The notes: generated by a model not told the origin, from the sequence alone. DNA of 32,000 nucleotides from Synechocystis sp. PCC 6803 substr. PCC-P (GCF_000284455.1 NC_017039.1:510001-542000), one strand, 5' to 3'. Shown: positions 10,973-21,450, counted from the first letter of the stretch. Numbers and translations are program-made.

Positions 10973-11522
10973 GAAAATGTTTGAAAAGTTTTAAGCAAGC
11001 TTTTGAACCATGAGACTAATCATGGCGACATAGAGCATTGTCTCACTAGTGGTAGGTAAATTTCATAATTCTTTCTTAAACGACGATAGCGACCAAACCA
11101 AGCAAAGGTGCGCTCGACTACCCAACGGCGGGGTAGGACTTCAAAGCCTTTGTGTCCCTGCTTTTTGCTGACCACATTCAAAGTCCAACCAAAAGTATTC
11201 TCCACCCAGAAAATAAAATCCTTGTACCATCTTCGTGCCATGGCTGAAAATAACCATAGAGCGTTCGCCATTTAGGAAAATCATGGGGCAGAAGTCGCCA
11301 GGCACACCCCGTTCTGGGCATGTAAAAAATAGCATTGAGTATCTCCCTCAGACTAGTTTTCCGTTTTCTTCCCCCAGTTTTTGCTTTGGGTAAATGAGGT
11401 TCTACCAATTGCCACTGGCTATCAGTGATGTCGCTGCTGTAAAATTCTCTCGGTATCATTATGGTGAAAATTCTATATTCTTCACCATTTTTCCCAATTA
11501 TGCCTACTTTTCAAACGCGCTC
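10973..11522 (-). mobile_element. Degenerate, internally deleted IS5-family (IS427/IS1031-like) insertion sequence, 550 bp
   Basis: 17-nt terminal repeats GAAAATGTTTGAAAAGT (left) and GAGCGCGTTTGAAAAGT (right, reverse complement), 13/17 identical. Flanked by TTA at 10970-10972 and 11523-11525. Encodes both ends of an IS5-like transposase. Confidence 0.85.
10986..11459 (-). pseudogene. IS5-family transposase remnant (N- and C-terminal parts only, frameshifted)
   Basis: N-terminal [69 protein letters not shown], then a different frame [47 protein letters not shown], then a further frame [22 protein letters not shown]. The middle part that would carry the first two catalytic Asp residues is missing. 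Confidence 0.85.
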
Positions 11523-11584
11523 TTAAGTTTTCTTTTGCGTAAGTCCTGATAGAAAAAGCTGGAAAATTTCCCATTTAATTATCA

Positions 11585-13006
11585 TTATTTACCCTGATTT
11601 TCCTTGGGCTGGGGTGGTTTAATCTTAGGAGTTTGAATTTGGGGACTTGGTGAGCCGGAAGCGGGGACGGGGTTAATAACTCCCCATTGTTCATAGTACA
11701 AAGCTAATTGCTGTTGATGATCAAGCTGAAAGCGTAATTGTTGGCCACTGCGTTCCAGGGTGTGGGCAGTGTAAACTCGGTCTTGGAGATTTTCCGTGGA
11801 GGAAACCAATTGCCCCAGGCCATCCACCAGTTTTCTTAGGTTGTTACGAAAGGCCGGATCGCCCGTTAATTGCTCCACATCGCTGGTGATTTTTTGGGCA
11901 TTTTCAAAGGTAAGTCGGGCCGCATCCAAGGTCTGCTGTAGGGTAAGCATCAAGGTAGGGTCATTGAGGTCGTTGGAAATTTGCCGGATATTGTTGCTGG
12001 TGACGGCAGCATTTTCCATCAGTAGGGCGAGGTCATTGGTTACCTTTTGGGTATCGATCGCCGCTAGGCCGTGGTTGATAGTACCGACGGCGGTCTGGAT
12101 TTCTTGACCAATGGCTTGGAGATCCCGGTTAGTAGTTTCAATACTTTTCAGGGTGAGATTGAATTGGGCCCGGTTTTCCCCCACCAGTTGGTTGAGGTTA
12201 ACCATTAATAGGGAAGCTTCTTCGATGGTGCGGTTAATGTAGCCTTGGTTGGTCTGCACCACCTGGTCAACTCGACTGGTCAGCAAGGAAGCATTATCGG
12301 CGGCCTTGGCGATCGCCTCGGAAGTGCGCTCAAAACCCCGCACCTGTTGATTGGCAGTTTTGCTGAGGGCAGTGATTTCGGCGCTCATGGCGGCAATGCG
12401 GGCGGCGGCCAGGTTGGCACTTTTCACGGTGGCATTAATGTCGGCCACAAACTCCGGTTCGCTATAGGCTTGGGCTAAACGGGCCATACTGTTGGTTAAT
12501 TGGGTCCCGGCTTGGCCCTCCAACTCGTCCCCATCGCAGAGAATTTTATCGCTTTCGGCACAGTCCGCACTGAGGGGATCGATGGCCAAAGCGGCCTCCG
12601 ACAATTGGCGATCGGGAATCATATCAATGGCCGCTTCCCCCAATAAACCGTAGCGACTGATTTCCACCTGCACATCGGCGGGGATACGCAATTGGGTAGA
12701 ACTAATTTCCAGCTGGGCCAAAATGCCGTTACTACCTGGTATTAATTTAGCCACCCGACCCACTGGTACACCCCGGTAACGCACGGCGCCTCCCACCTGG
12801 AGCCCACTGGCGTCGTCAAATTGTACTAACACTTCATAGCCTGGATTGCCAAAAGCTCCCCCCCGTAACCATAGGACGATGCCACCAATGATAAATAGTC
12901 CCAACAGGGCAAACAGACCAACGGATCCTTCTTTGATGGTGCGGGGTCTGAGCATACGCAATGTCTCAATAGGGCCGAAAAATAAAGCGATTCGCCTAGG
13001 GGGCAA
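11585..13006 (-). CDS. MlaD/MCE-domain protein of an Mla-like lipid ABC transporter
   Basis: 473 aa. N-terminal TM helix, MCE signature YEVLVQFDDASGLQVGGAVRYRGVPVGRVAKLIPGSNG, then a long coiled-coil-like region. Confidence 0.88.
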   Translation of the reverse strand: MPPRRIALFFGPIETLRMLRPRTIKEGSVGLFALLGLFIIGGIVLWLRGGAFGNPGYEVLVQFDDASGLQVGGAVRYRGVPVGRVAKLIPGSNGILAQLEISSTQLRIPADVQVEISRYGLLGEAAIDMIPDRQLSEAALAIDPLSADCAESDKILCDGDELEGQAGTQLTNSMARLAQAYSEPEFVADINATVKSANLAAARIAAMSAEITALSKTANQQVRGFERTSEAIAKAADNASLLTSRVDQVVQTNQGYINRTIEEASLLMVNLNQLVGENRAQFNLTLKSIETTNRDLQAIGQEIQTAVGTINHGLAAIDTQKVTNDLALLMENAAVTSNNIRQISNDLNDPTLMLTLQQTLDAARLTFENAQKITSDVEQLTGDPAFRNNLRKLVDGLGQLVSSTENLQDRVYTAHTLERSGQQLRFQLDHQQQLALYYEQWGVINPVPASGSPSPQIQTPKIKPPQPKENQGK

Positions 13007-13117
13007 GGAGTTCCTTGCGGGAGGAAACGTTCAAAAAGTTAGGCTATTCCAGCATCGCCTCTTGTTCTAGGAAACGGCCAGGGGCCAATGGGTTCCCCCA
13101 TCTTAGCGTCGTAGTGG

Positions 13118-13918
13118 TTAATCCAAAATGCGAATGGGACCTTCCACTTTGGCTTCAAAGAATTGCCGTACCAAGGGGTTATCGGTCTGGTCAATGGCGC
13201 TAACTGGCCCCTGCCATTGGATTTTGCCATCGTAAAGCAACACCACCCGATCCGCTGTCCGGCGAATAGTGCTTTCCTGGTGGCTCACCATAATATAGGT
13301 GCCGCATCCCCCCGGAGACTTTTGTAACCTCCGCACCAAATCTTCAATGACCGTGGAGGCGATCGGGTCTAAACCAGCGGTGGGTTCATCGTATAAAATC
13401 ACTTCCGGATTGTCCTCTGGTTGATGGGGATTGGACATGATTGCCCGGGCAAAGCTAACCCTTTTACGCATCCCCCCCGATAGCTGGGCTGGATAGTAGT
13501 CTTCGATGCCGGTTAATCCCACCAAAGCGAGTTTGTCGGCCACCTGCTCCCGAATCACTTCTCTGGATAGGGAGGAATGTTCCAACAAGAAAAAGCCGAC
13601 ATTTTCCGCCACTGTCAGGGAATCAAACAGGGCTGATTGTTGGAATACGAGGGCAATGCGGATGCGCTCATTGTCGTCCTCCACTAAGCCCCGGCGGGGT
13701 TGGGTTTTGATCAGCACTTCCCCACTGTCCGGTGGCAATAGTCCGGCGATGATCCTTAAAATGGTTGATTTTCCGGTGCCAGATGGGCCAATCACCACCA
13801 ATGCTTCCCCCGGATAGAGGTCTAAATCCACACTGTCCAAAATTTGGCGATCGCCAAAGGATTTACTAATACCCCGGAGTTGAATAAGGGGTTCCGTCAT
13901 GTTGGATAGTCCCGCCAA
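13118..13918 (-). CDS. MlaF-like ABC transporter ATP-binding protein
   Basis: 266 aa. Walker A VIGPSGTGKST, signature LSGGMRKRVSFARAI, Walker B VILYDEPTAGLDP, H-loop MVSHQ. Confidence 0.93.
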   Translation of the reverse strand: MAGLSNMTEPLIQLRGISKSFGDRQILDSVDLDLYPGEALVVIGPSGTGKSTILRIIAGLLPPDSGEVLIKTQPRRGLVEDDNERIRIALVFQQSALFDSLTVAENVGFFLLEHSSLSREVIREQVADKLALVGLTGIEDYYPAQLSGGMRKRVSFARAIMSNPHQPEDNPEVILYDEPTAGLDPIASTVIEDLVRRLQKSPGGCGTYIMVSHQESTIRRTADRVVLLYDGKIQWQGPVSAIDQTDNPLVRQFFEAKVEGPIRILD

Positions 13919-13922
13919 AGCC

Positions 13923-14216
13923 TTAGTCTACCCGCTCCAACTGCCAGAGGATTTGGTTCCCTTCCCTTCTCACCCTGGAAACGACCCAGTTACGCCATGA
14001 CCAATGATCCCCCCGACTGGTGACGGCACTGGGGTTAATATCCATCAAGTCAGCCAACTCCGAACTGGTAATTAAATACCCCTGCTTGGCAATTTCTTCG
14101 GCGGCCCGGAGGGTTTCTACCAAGTTACGCACCTGGAGAATCCGTTCTTCCCTCGATAACAGATACTCTTCCACATTATTGACAATATTTTCCATAGCCG
14201 TGCCTGTAAATAACAC
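13923..14216 (-). CDS. Small conserved cyanobacterial protein with HTH-like segment; likely start at MENIVNN (14195)
   Basis: 97 aa with ITSSELADLMDINPSAVTSRGDHWSWRNWVVSRVRREGNQILWQLERVD. Lies 4 bp upstream of the ABC ATPase start. Confidence 0.7.
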   Translation of the reverse strand: MLFTGTAMENIVNNVEEYLLSREERILQVRNLVETLRAAEEIAKQGYLITSSELADLMDINPSAVTSRGDHWSWRNWVVSRVRREGNQILWQLERVD

Positions 14217-14447
14217 TCCAAGAGTGATCTAGAACCATATCTGGGGGAATTTTCCCTTCCACATCTTAACTAGTTTCCCGAAAACGGATGCTCAAATAAA
14301 ACACTTTTTGCTTTTCTGAGTTAAATTTAGCCGTCTAGGAAGCAAAGAACTATCTGAAGTACTAAAATAATTCGTTCTTTTCCATGCCTAATTCCACCTG
14401 GGGGACCGCTATAATGGACTGGCCAAAAAGTCCCTTCCCTGGGCTTT

Positions 14448-17400
14448 GTGGTGGAAATATTGTTAATTTCACCCCTGATAGCCGTGTTGAACCCCAGTTT
14501 ACGCCTCTTTTGCCTAGCTTTACTGGCTTGTTCGTCTAGTTTTTCTGGCAATGTTCTGGCCCAAAACATTACCCCAGCTCCGGACGGCACTGGCACCACT
14601 GTCGATGCCCAGGGCAATCAATTCAACATTGGTGGGGGGAGTTTGTCAGGGGATGGACAAAATTTATTCCACAGTTTGCAACAGTTTGGGCTAGACCAAG
14701 GACAAATTGCCAATTTCCTTTCCAACCCTGATATTCGTAACATTCTCACCCGAATTGTGGGGGGAGATGCGTCCATTATTAACGGTCTCATCCAAGTAAG
14801 CGGGGGCAATGCCAATCTCTTTTTGATGAACCCAGCGGGCATGATTTTTGGTCCCAATGCCAGCATCAATGTGCCCGGGGATTTTGTGGTCACCACTGGT
14901 TCGGCGATCGGCTTTGGCAATGACCAATGGTTCCAGGTTTTTTCCGACAATGATTACAATGCCCTGATAGGCAATCCCAGCCAATTTGCTTTTGATTTGG
15001 CTAACCCCGGTTTAATTATTAATGCGGGGGATTTGTCGGTAACGGAGGGCAAAAACCTCACTTTTTTGGCAGGAAATATCGTTAACACCGGTTCCTTGGC
15101 CGCCCCTGGAGGCAATATCACGGTGGCCGCCGTGCCAGGGCAGAATCGTATTCGTATTTCCCAAGCTGGCAGTTTACTGAGTTTGGAGGTGGAGGTTTCT
15201 CCCCAAATGAATCAGGGCGGCTCCTTTTCCGTGTTGGATTTACCGACCCTGTTAACCCAAGGAGCGAGCAATCTTGATTTGGGGTTAGCGGTGCAGCCCA
15301 ATGGCAGTGTTACGACCAACGGGACTAACGCTTTGGTTTCTCCGTTACCAGGTTCTGTCACCATATCGGGCAATGTTGATGCCAGTGGTAAAAGCACTAA
15401 TATTTCCTCCGGTGGCCAAGTGGCGATCGCCGGCGATCAAATAGCAGTACAAGGCGCTACCGTTGATGTTTCAGGCAATGGTGGTGGCGGCACAGTGCGC
15501 ATTGGTGGCGATTTTCAGGGCCAGCTCACTTTGCCCAATGCATCCCAAACCCTGATTGATAGTAATTCAGTAGTCAAAGCTGATGCCCTACTGACAGGAA
15601 ATGGGGGAACCGTTATCGTTTGGGCCGATGACTCTACCCGCTTTAGTGGGAATATTTCAGCCCAAGGTGGAACCATGGGGGGAAACGGCGGCTTTGTGGA
15701 AACCTCCGGCGCCAAAAGTTTGATGGTTGACGATACCGCCAGGGTTAATACTTTCGCCACCATGGGAGAACTTGGTACTTGGTTGTTAGATCCTCTAGAA
15801 ATAATTGTCGGAACCACCGATGATCTACTTGCCGATCCAAAGCTTGTTTCGGTACTTACAATCACAACCAGCTTGGACAACGGTAACGTTATTCTTCAAG
15901 CAGATCAATCCATTGCCGTTCAGGCAAATTTTAGTGCTGATCCCTCTGCCCCCGGTAATCTCACTTTCGATTCTCCTACAATCACTATCGATGCTCTTTT
16001 TTCCTTGGGAACTGGCTCAATTATTTTTGCTAACACAGGTCCCATTAACACTGGCAATACATTAGTTACTTCTCCTTTCACCAATTTAGATTTTGACAAT
16101 AAAATTCAACTCAATGCCAACACAACATTTACTGCTCCGGGATACGACATTTATTTCCGTAAATCTGTCAACGGCGGGTTTGATTTATTAGGCAACGCCA
16201 ACTTTGTTTATTTTGATGACGGAGCTGGTATCACTACCCCACTGAAAAGTTTCGGTGTCACAGCTACGGAAATCTATGTAGGTAATGACATCGTTACCCA
16301 GGGAAATCAAATTTTCGACGGGGTGTTCTATGGATTACAACCAGTTAATTTGACGAGTAGCGCAGGCTCAGTAATTTTCACCAACAATATTCTGCTTAAT
16401 GGAAGTCTTCAAGTTCAGACTGCCCAAAATATCGTCAGTCAACCTTCTTCTTCCCTGAGTGCAGTGGAAATAGCATCCGACGTATTACTTAATGCTGGAC
16501 AAAATGTTTCGTTCGGGAATATCAATACCCGGGGGGGCAATGTTGATATACAAGCTTTGGGCAATATTTCCACTGGATCAATAGTTACCTCTCCATTTGG
16601 TGGAAATGCAGGCAATGTAATTCTCAATGCGGGTGGGACTCTCACCACCGGCTACATAGAAACGTCTGGGACGAATGGCGGTGATGTTACCACATCTTCC
16701 GGTAGTAATACTAGTACTGCTTATATTGATACCCGGGGATTTGGAGATGGCCTAGAGATAGATAGTTTGGGGGGAGCTGTTTCTATCGAAAGCAAGGGAG
16801 ACATTACCACCGCCTTTATTGATACCGGAGCTTACTCAATTGAATCCTTCAATGAAGGTACGGGAGGAAATGTTTTCCTCACAGCAGATGGCAGTATCAC
16901 AACGAATTACATATTCACCGCTGGAAAAAATGGTGGTGATATTTTCTTTCAAGCTGGTGAAAGCATAGAAATCATCGATTATTTAAATACCTATGGAAGT
17001 CAAACTAGTGGAGATGTATATGTTGAGGCTCCACTGGATATTTCAATTGGTTCCTACATATACACTGGAGGGGGTGGGGAGCCAGGCAATGTATTCCTGC
17101 AAGCAGGGGGAGATATTACCACTAGCTACATAGATACGTCGGCAGCCAATGGCGGTGATATTTTTATTCAGTCGGGGGGAGACACCGAAGTTGGTTATCT
17201 ATTCACTAAAGGGTATGAAGGTAGGGGAGGAGATGTTTATGTTGAAACTGGCCGTTATTTTCGGGCGATCGATGGCTTTTTACTTGGTGAAGAAGGACCT
17301 TTTAGTGTCTACACCGCCGGCCTCACCGTTGGTGGTTCTGTGTACATTCAATTTGGTGGAAGTGAACCTTTCATCATCGGCAATCCAATTACCAATGGAA

Positions 17401-19697
17401 CCATTGGGGCAATCAGTTCGGGAGATGACAATACTGTACCAATCGGTACACCACCAATTTTTGATACTTTTACCCTGGACAATATAACCATAACCACTGA
17501 ACCCGAGCCGGAACCTGAACCCGAGCCGGAACCTGAGCCGGAACCTGAACCCGAGCCGGAACCTGAGCCGGAACCTGAACCCGAGCCGGAACCTGAACCC
17601 GAGCCGGAACCTGAACCCGAGCCGGAACCTGAACCCGAGCCGGAACCTGAACCCGAGCCGGAACCTGAACCCGAGCCGGAACCTGAACCTGAGCCTGAAC
17701 CTGAGCCGGAACCTGAGCCGGAACCTGAACCCGAGCCGGAACCTGAGCCGGAACCTGAACCCGAGCCGGAACCTGAGCCGGAACCTGAACCCGAGCCGGA
17801 ACCTGAGCCGGAACCTGAACCCGAGCCGGAACCTGAACCCGAGCCGGAACCTGAACCCGAGCCGGAACCTGAGCCGGAACCTGAACCCGAGCCGGAACCT
17901 GAGCCGGAACCTGAACCCGAGCCGGAACCTGAGCCGGAACCTGAACCCGAGCCGGAACCTGAACCCGAGCCGGAACCTGAGCCGGAACCTGAACCCGAGC
18001 CGGAACCTGAGCCGGAACCTGAACCCGAGCCGGAACCTGAACCCGAGCCGGAACCTGAGCCGGAACCTGAACCCGAGCCGGAACCTGAGCCGGAACCTGA
18101 ACCCGAGCCGGAACCTGAGCCTGAGCTTCCAACTCCTTCCATACCCGTCGAACCTCCAACTTCTCCAGATGTTGAGGAAATTGATGATGAGAGGCAAATA
18201 TCGTTTGATATTGAGCGTTCTACTGTTACCAATACCCCCAGCTTGGAAATTCAGAGCCAAGACACAGTTCCCGGCATTAATACTTTCAGCGCCAATGTTG
18301 GGGTTAACATCCCCACTAATCAGGTTGTTTTGCAACAGCAACTAAATGAAAACGTAGAGGAAAGTATTTCTGCACAATTCACTAGTCACCTCAATTTAAA
18401 TATTGATATTGAATTGGTTAATCCCGTTGATGTTTTGCAGGAATTAAATCTCAACACTGGGGTAAATTCTGCCTTGGTTTATATCTATTTCTATCCTCCA
18501 GGAACTGCAGGAGAAAATCTTCCTGAATGGCAACTTTCCTCTGATAGTGAGCCGGCTATTCCCCCTGTGGGCTCCTATGCTAAGGTCAGTCATTGGCAGA
18601 TGGCATCCACTGAGCAACTGATTATTCCTCCTAATAATGATCCGCGGCCGGACGATCAATTGGTAATTGTGGTAGTTACGGCAGACGGTATTGCTAGTCC
18701 CATTCCCCTTAACGTTAGCCGCAGGGAAGTAATCCGCCAGGTGGAAATGTTAAACCGAAATCTAACGGCGGCAAATCGAGGCGATAATTACCAAGGCCAG
18801 GCATCCCAGTTATATGACTGGTTTATCAAGCCAATTAAACTGATTTTGGAGAATAAGAAAATTGAGAATATTAGCTTTATTCTCGACCGGGGTTTGCGTT
18901 CTCTGCCCATGGCCACCATGTACGATCGCCAGTCTGGGCAATACTTGATTGAGGACTATAGCGTGGGGCTGATGCCCAGTTTGAGTTTGACGAACCGGGA
19001 TTATGCGCCCCTAACTGGGGCCCAGATATTGGCCATGGGAGCGGAAGAGTTTGCTAACCAAAATCCCTTGCCAGCGGCGGCGGTGGAGGTAGACACCATT
19101 ACCAATCAACTCTGGCGGGGTAGTGCTTTCCTCAATGACCGGTTCACGGTGGATAACTTTGTCCAGTCCTTGGCAACTAAGGAGTATCGTCTAGTACATT
19201 TAGCTACCCATGGTGAATTTTTACCGGGTAATCGCAATAATTCCTTTGTGGTTTTCAGCGATCGCTCTTTGGATTTAGACGAATTTGCTAACGTGGGCTT
19301 GGATAAACCCATTGATTTGATGGTGCTGTCGGCCTGTCGCACTGCGGTGGGGGACTTTGACGCTGAATTAGGCTTTGCTGGCCTGGCGGTGAAAACTGGA
19401 GTCAAAACGGCGATCGGGAGTTTGTGGTATGTCAGCGATGAAGCTACCTTTGCTCTGATGACTAGTTTTTATGATCGACTTCAGCCAGCACCCATCAAGG
19501 CCAAGGCCCTACAGCAGGCCCAACTAAGTCTGCTCAGAGGAGAAATTCGGGTTGTGGACGGTAATCTAGTCCTTGGGGATGGCACAAATATTTCCTTGGC
19601 GGATTTACCGGCTGATATTCGACAACGCTTAGCAACCCAAGATTTAAGTCATCCCTATTTTTGGAGTGGCTTCACCCTAGTGGGCAGCCCTTGGTAA
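14448..19697 (+). CDS. Very large secreted protein: signal peptide, TPS/filamentous-hemagglutinin N-terminal domain, beta-solenoid-like repeats, (Glu-Pro)x104 linker, C-terminal CHAT (caspase-like) domain
   Basis: 1749 aa. Hydrophobic leader ending in NVLAQ. TPS motif [96 protein letters not shown] motifs [12 protein letters not shown] (His at residue 1588, nt 19209-19211) and [16 protein letters not shown] (Cys at residue 1630, nt 19335-19337). Confidence 0.93.
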   Translation: MVEILLISPLIAVLNPSLRLFCLALLACSSSFSGNVLAQNITPAPDGTGTTVDAQGNQFNIGGGSLSGDGQNLFHSLQQFGLDQGQIANFLSNPDIRNILTRIVGGDASIINGLIQVSGGNANLFLMNPAGMIFGPNASINVPGDFVVTTGSAIGFGNDQWFQVFSDNDYNALIGNPSQFAFDLANPGLIINAGDLSVTEGKNLTFLAGNIVNTGSLAAPGGNITVAAVPGQNRIRISQAGSLLSLEVEVSPQMNQGGSFSVLDLPTLLTQGASNLDLGLAVQPNGSVTTNGTNALVSPLPGSVTISGNVDASGKSTNISSGGQVAIAGDQIAVQGATVDVSGNGGGGTVRIGGDFQGQLTLPNASQTLIDSNSVVKADALLTGNGGTVIVWADDSTRFSGNISAQGGTMGGNGGFVETSGAKSLMVDDTARVNTFATMGELGTWLLDPLEIIVGTTDDLLADPKLVSVLTITTSLDNGNVILQADQSIAVQANFSADPSAPGNLTFDSPTITIDALFSLGTGSIIFANTGPINTGNTLVTSPFTNLDFDNKIQLNANTTFTAPGYDIYFRKSVNGGFDLLGNANFVYFDDGAGITTPLKSFGVTATEIYVGNDIVTQGNQIFDGVFYGLQPVNLTSSAGSVIFTNNILLNGSLQVQTAQNIVSQPSSSLSAVEIASDVLLNAGQNVSFGNINTRGGNVDIQALGNISTGSIVTSPFGGNAGNVILNAGGTLTTGYIETSGTNGGDVTTSSGSNTSTAYIDTRGFGDGLEIDSLGGAVSIESKGDITTAFIDTGAYSIESFNEGTGGNVFLTADGSITTNYIFTAGKNGGDIFFQAGESIEIIDYLNTYGSQTSGDVYVEAPLDISIGSYIYTGGGGEPGNVFLQAGGDITTSYIDTSAANGGDIFIQSGGDTEVGYLFTKGYEGRGGDVYVETGRYFRAIDGFLLGEEGPFSVYTAGLTVGGSVYIQFGGSEPFIIGNPITNGTIGAISSGDDNTVPIGTPPIFDTFTLDNITITTEPEPEPEPEPEPEPEPEPEPEPEPEPEPEPEPEPEPEPEPEPEPEPEPEPEPEPEPEPEPEPEPEPEPEPEPEPEPEPEPEPEPEPEPEPEPEPEPEPEPEPEPEPEPEPEPEPEPEPEPEPEPEPEPEPEPEPEPEPEPEPEPEPEPEPEPEPEPEPEPEPEPEPEPEPEPEPEPEPEPEPEPEPEPEPEPEPEPEPEPEPEPEPEPELPTPSIPVEPPTSPDVEEIDDERQISFDIERSTVTNTPSLEIQSQDTVPGINTFSANVGVNIPTNQVVLQQQLNENVEESISAQFTSHLNLNIDIELVNPVDVLQELNLNTGVNSALVYIYFYPPGTAGENLPEWQLSSDSEPAIPPVGSYAKVSHWQMASTEQLIIPPNNDPRPDDQLVIVVVTADGIASPIPLNVSRREVIRQVEMLNRNLTAANRGDNYQGQASQLYDWFIKPIKLILENKKIENISFILDRGLRSLPMATMYDRQSGQYLIEDYSVGLMPSLSLTNRDYAPLTGAQILAMGAEEFANQNPLPAAAVEVDTITNQLWRGSAFLNDRFTVDNFVQSLATKEYRLVHLATHGEFLPGNRNNSFVVFSDRSLDLDEFANVGLDKPIDLMVLSACRTAVGDFDAELGFAGLAVKTGVKTAIGSLWYVSDEATFALMTSFYDRLQPAPIKAKALQQAQLSLLRGEIRVVDGNLVLGDGTNISLADLPADIRQRLATQDLSHPYFWSGFTLVGSPW
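17499..18122 (+). repeat. In-frame (GAR CCN)n microsatellite-like array coding 104 consecutive Glu-Pro dipeptides
   Basis: 624 bp built from GAACCTGAACCCGAGCCG (18 bp) and GAACCTGAGCCG (12 bp) units, often alternating as a 30-bp super-unit. One variant patch GAACCTGAACCTGAGCCTGAACCTGAGCCG lies near 17680-17710. Confidence 0.97.
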
Positions 19698-19836
19698 CGA
19701 GAAAGTAATTTAATCAAGCCATTGTGCCAATTCAGTTCACTTGTTGACCATAATGGGGCTTTCTTACTATGGCTAGGGTCACTGGAGGGACCAATCCGTG
19801 GTCATAATGGAGGCGAAGTCAAATTACCCAAAAACC

Positions 19837-20790
19837 ATGTCCTTTGCTAATGCCGATACTCCCCCCCAAGTCGTTGTGTTGGGGGCCGGAGCCTGGGGCT
19901 CTAGTCTTGCCTACGTGCTGAATAACAATGACATTCCTACCCAAGTTTGGTCTCGCCGATCGCCGCAGAGCCTAGAATCCATGGTGGCTGGAGCGGATGT
20001 AATTGTCTCGGCGGTTTCCATTAAGGGGGTACCATCGGTGGCGGCCCGGTTGGAGGCCATGGACCTCCAGCGGCGGACTATTTTGGTGACGGCCACTAAG
20101 GGTTTAGATCCAGAAACCATGACTACCCCTTCCCAAATTTGGCAAGCTGCCCTTCCTTCCCAGCCGATCGCCGTTTTGTCGGGGCCGAATTTATCGAAGG
20201 AAATTGACCAGGGTTTACCGGCGGCCACGGTGGTGGCCAGTAGCGACCAAGCCGCAGCGGAGGAAATTCAAACCATTTTTGCCGCGGATAACTTCCGGGT
20301 TTACACCAACAATGATCCCTTGGGTACGGAATTGGGTGGCACCCTGAAAAACGTCATGGCGATCGCCGTGGGAGTATGCGAAGGGTTGGGGCTAGGCACC
20401 AATGCTAAATCAGCGTTAATTACCAGAGCTTTACCAGAAATTACCAGGGTGGGGTTACATTTTGGGGCCCAACCGGATACCTTTTGGGGTTTAGCCGGAC
20501 TAGGAGATTTATTGGCCACCTGCTCTAGCATGCTCAGCCGCAATTATCGAGTGGGTTATGGTTTATCCAAAGGTCAGTCCTTAGAAGAAATTTTGGCCAA
20601 CCTGGGGGGCACCGCCGAAGGGGTCAACACCACCGACGTACTAATCAAAATTGCCAATCGAGAAAAAATTGCTGTGCCCATCACCCGGCAGGTTTACCGT
20701 TTGCTCCATGGAAAAATTACCCCTCCCCAGGCAGTGGAAGCATTAATGGAAAGGGAATTGAAAGCGGAATTTGAAGATTTTGATCTTTAA
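19837..20790 (+). CDS. gpsA: NAD(P)H-dependent glycerol-3-phosphate dehydrogenase
   Basis: Rossmann motif VVVLGAGAWGSSLAYVLNNN, PIAVLSGPNLSKEIDQGLPAATVVAS, LGTELGGTLKNVMAIAVGVCEGLGLGTNAKSALITRALPEITRVG. The ORF track extends to a GTG at 19798, but MSFANAD (19837) looks a more plausible start. Confidence 0.95.
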   Translation: MSFANADTPPQVVVLGAGAWGSSLAYVLNNNDIPTQVWSRRSPQSLESMVAGADVIVSAVSIKGVPSVAARLEAMDLQRRTILVTATKGLDPETMTTPSQIWQAALPSQPIAVLSGPNLSKEIDQGLPAATVVASSDQAAAEEIQTIFAADNFRVYTNNDPLGTELGGTLKNVMAIAVGVCEGLGLGTNAKSALITRALPEITRVGLHFGAQPDTFWGLAGLGDLLATCSSMLSRNYRVGYGLSKGQSLEEILANLGGTAEGVNTTDVLIKIANREKIAVPITRQVYRLLHGKITPPQAVEALMERELKAEFEDFDL

Positions 20791-20818
20791 CTCCTTGTCT
20801 ATTGGGCCAGAACAGCCA

Positions 20819-21337
20819 TCATTGTGAGGTTGTTAACCGTAATCCTAGAATCAGCAGATCCCGTTCCTGCCCCCCCAACTCCGCCACCTTGGGCAATAGA
20901 CCCCACTGCTCAAAACCATGGCGTTGAAACAAACGAATACTGGGCTGATTATGGGCAAAAATGTATCCCAGCAAAGTTTTCAGCCCCAACTGGGGGGCTT
21001 TGGCGATCGCCGTTTTGAGTAAATACTGCCCCAAACCCCGATGATGCCAGAGGGGATCGAGGTAAATGCTCAACTCCGCAGTGCGGTGGTAAGCCGGGCG
21101 ACCATAAAACCGCTGAAAACCCAACCAACCAACTATTTGCTTGTGCTCCGTTACCAACACCCAGAGAGGATAGGTATCTGGTCCATGGTCCGCAAACCAC
21201 TGACGACGGCTTTCCACCGTAATCGCATCGGTATCGCCGGTGGCCACATTTTGGGGAATGTTGGCATTGTAGATAGCAACAATAGAATCTAAATCCGTAA
21301 TGGTGGCATCCCGTAGGAAAAGGTCAGATGGGATCAC
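20819..21337 (-). CDS. GNAT-family N-acetyltransferase, phosphinothricin-acetyltransferase-like
   Basis: 172 aa. LRDATITDLDSIVAIYNANIPQNVATGDTD ... AELSIYLDPLWHHRGLGQYLLKTAI ... LLGYIFAHNQPSIRLFQRHGFEQWG. Confidence 0.88.
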   Translation of the reverse strand: MIPSDLFLRDATITDLDSIVAIYNANIPQNVATGDTDAITVESRRQWFADHGPDTYPLWVLVTEHKQIVGWLGFQRFYGRPAYHRTAELSIYLDPLWHHRGLGQYLLKTAIAKAPQLGLKTLLGYIFAHNQPSIRLFQRHGFEQWGLLPKVAELGGQERDLLILGLRLTTSQ

Positions 21338-21450
21338 AGCAATATTTTAGTACTTGCGGGTTGGGTATGGTCACTGATCTAAATGTTAATGGGATTTGCG
21401 ATGGTTTCCGTCATTTCTAGGCGATCGCCAGAATGGAGCCGCAAAAAATG

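Noticed and set aside
11020-11459. Intact transposase gene(s)
   Set aside because: The ORFs are overlapping fragments in different frames with the central catalytic part missing, so they are described as a pseudogene instead.
17499-18122. CRISPR-like or direct-repeat array
   Set aside because: There are no unique spacers. Units are contiguous 6-bp-based codon repeats within one long ORF.
17348-18232. Minus-strand 294-aa ORF encoding an almost pure (Ser-Gly)n protein
   Set aside because: It is the shadow translation of the GAR-CCN repeat on the opposite strand. The plus frame has TPS and CHAT domains on both sides and is clearly the coding one.
17280-18341. Minus-strand 353-aa ORF with [10 protein letters not shown] repeats, and plus-strand 17470..18159 ORF with [10 protein letters not shown] repeats
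   Set aside because: These are alternative-frame readings of the same repeat with no domain support.
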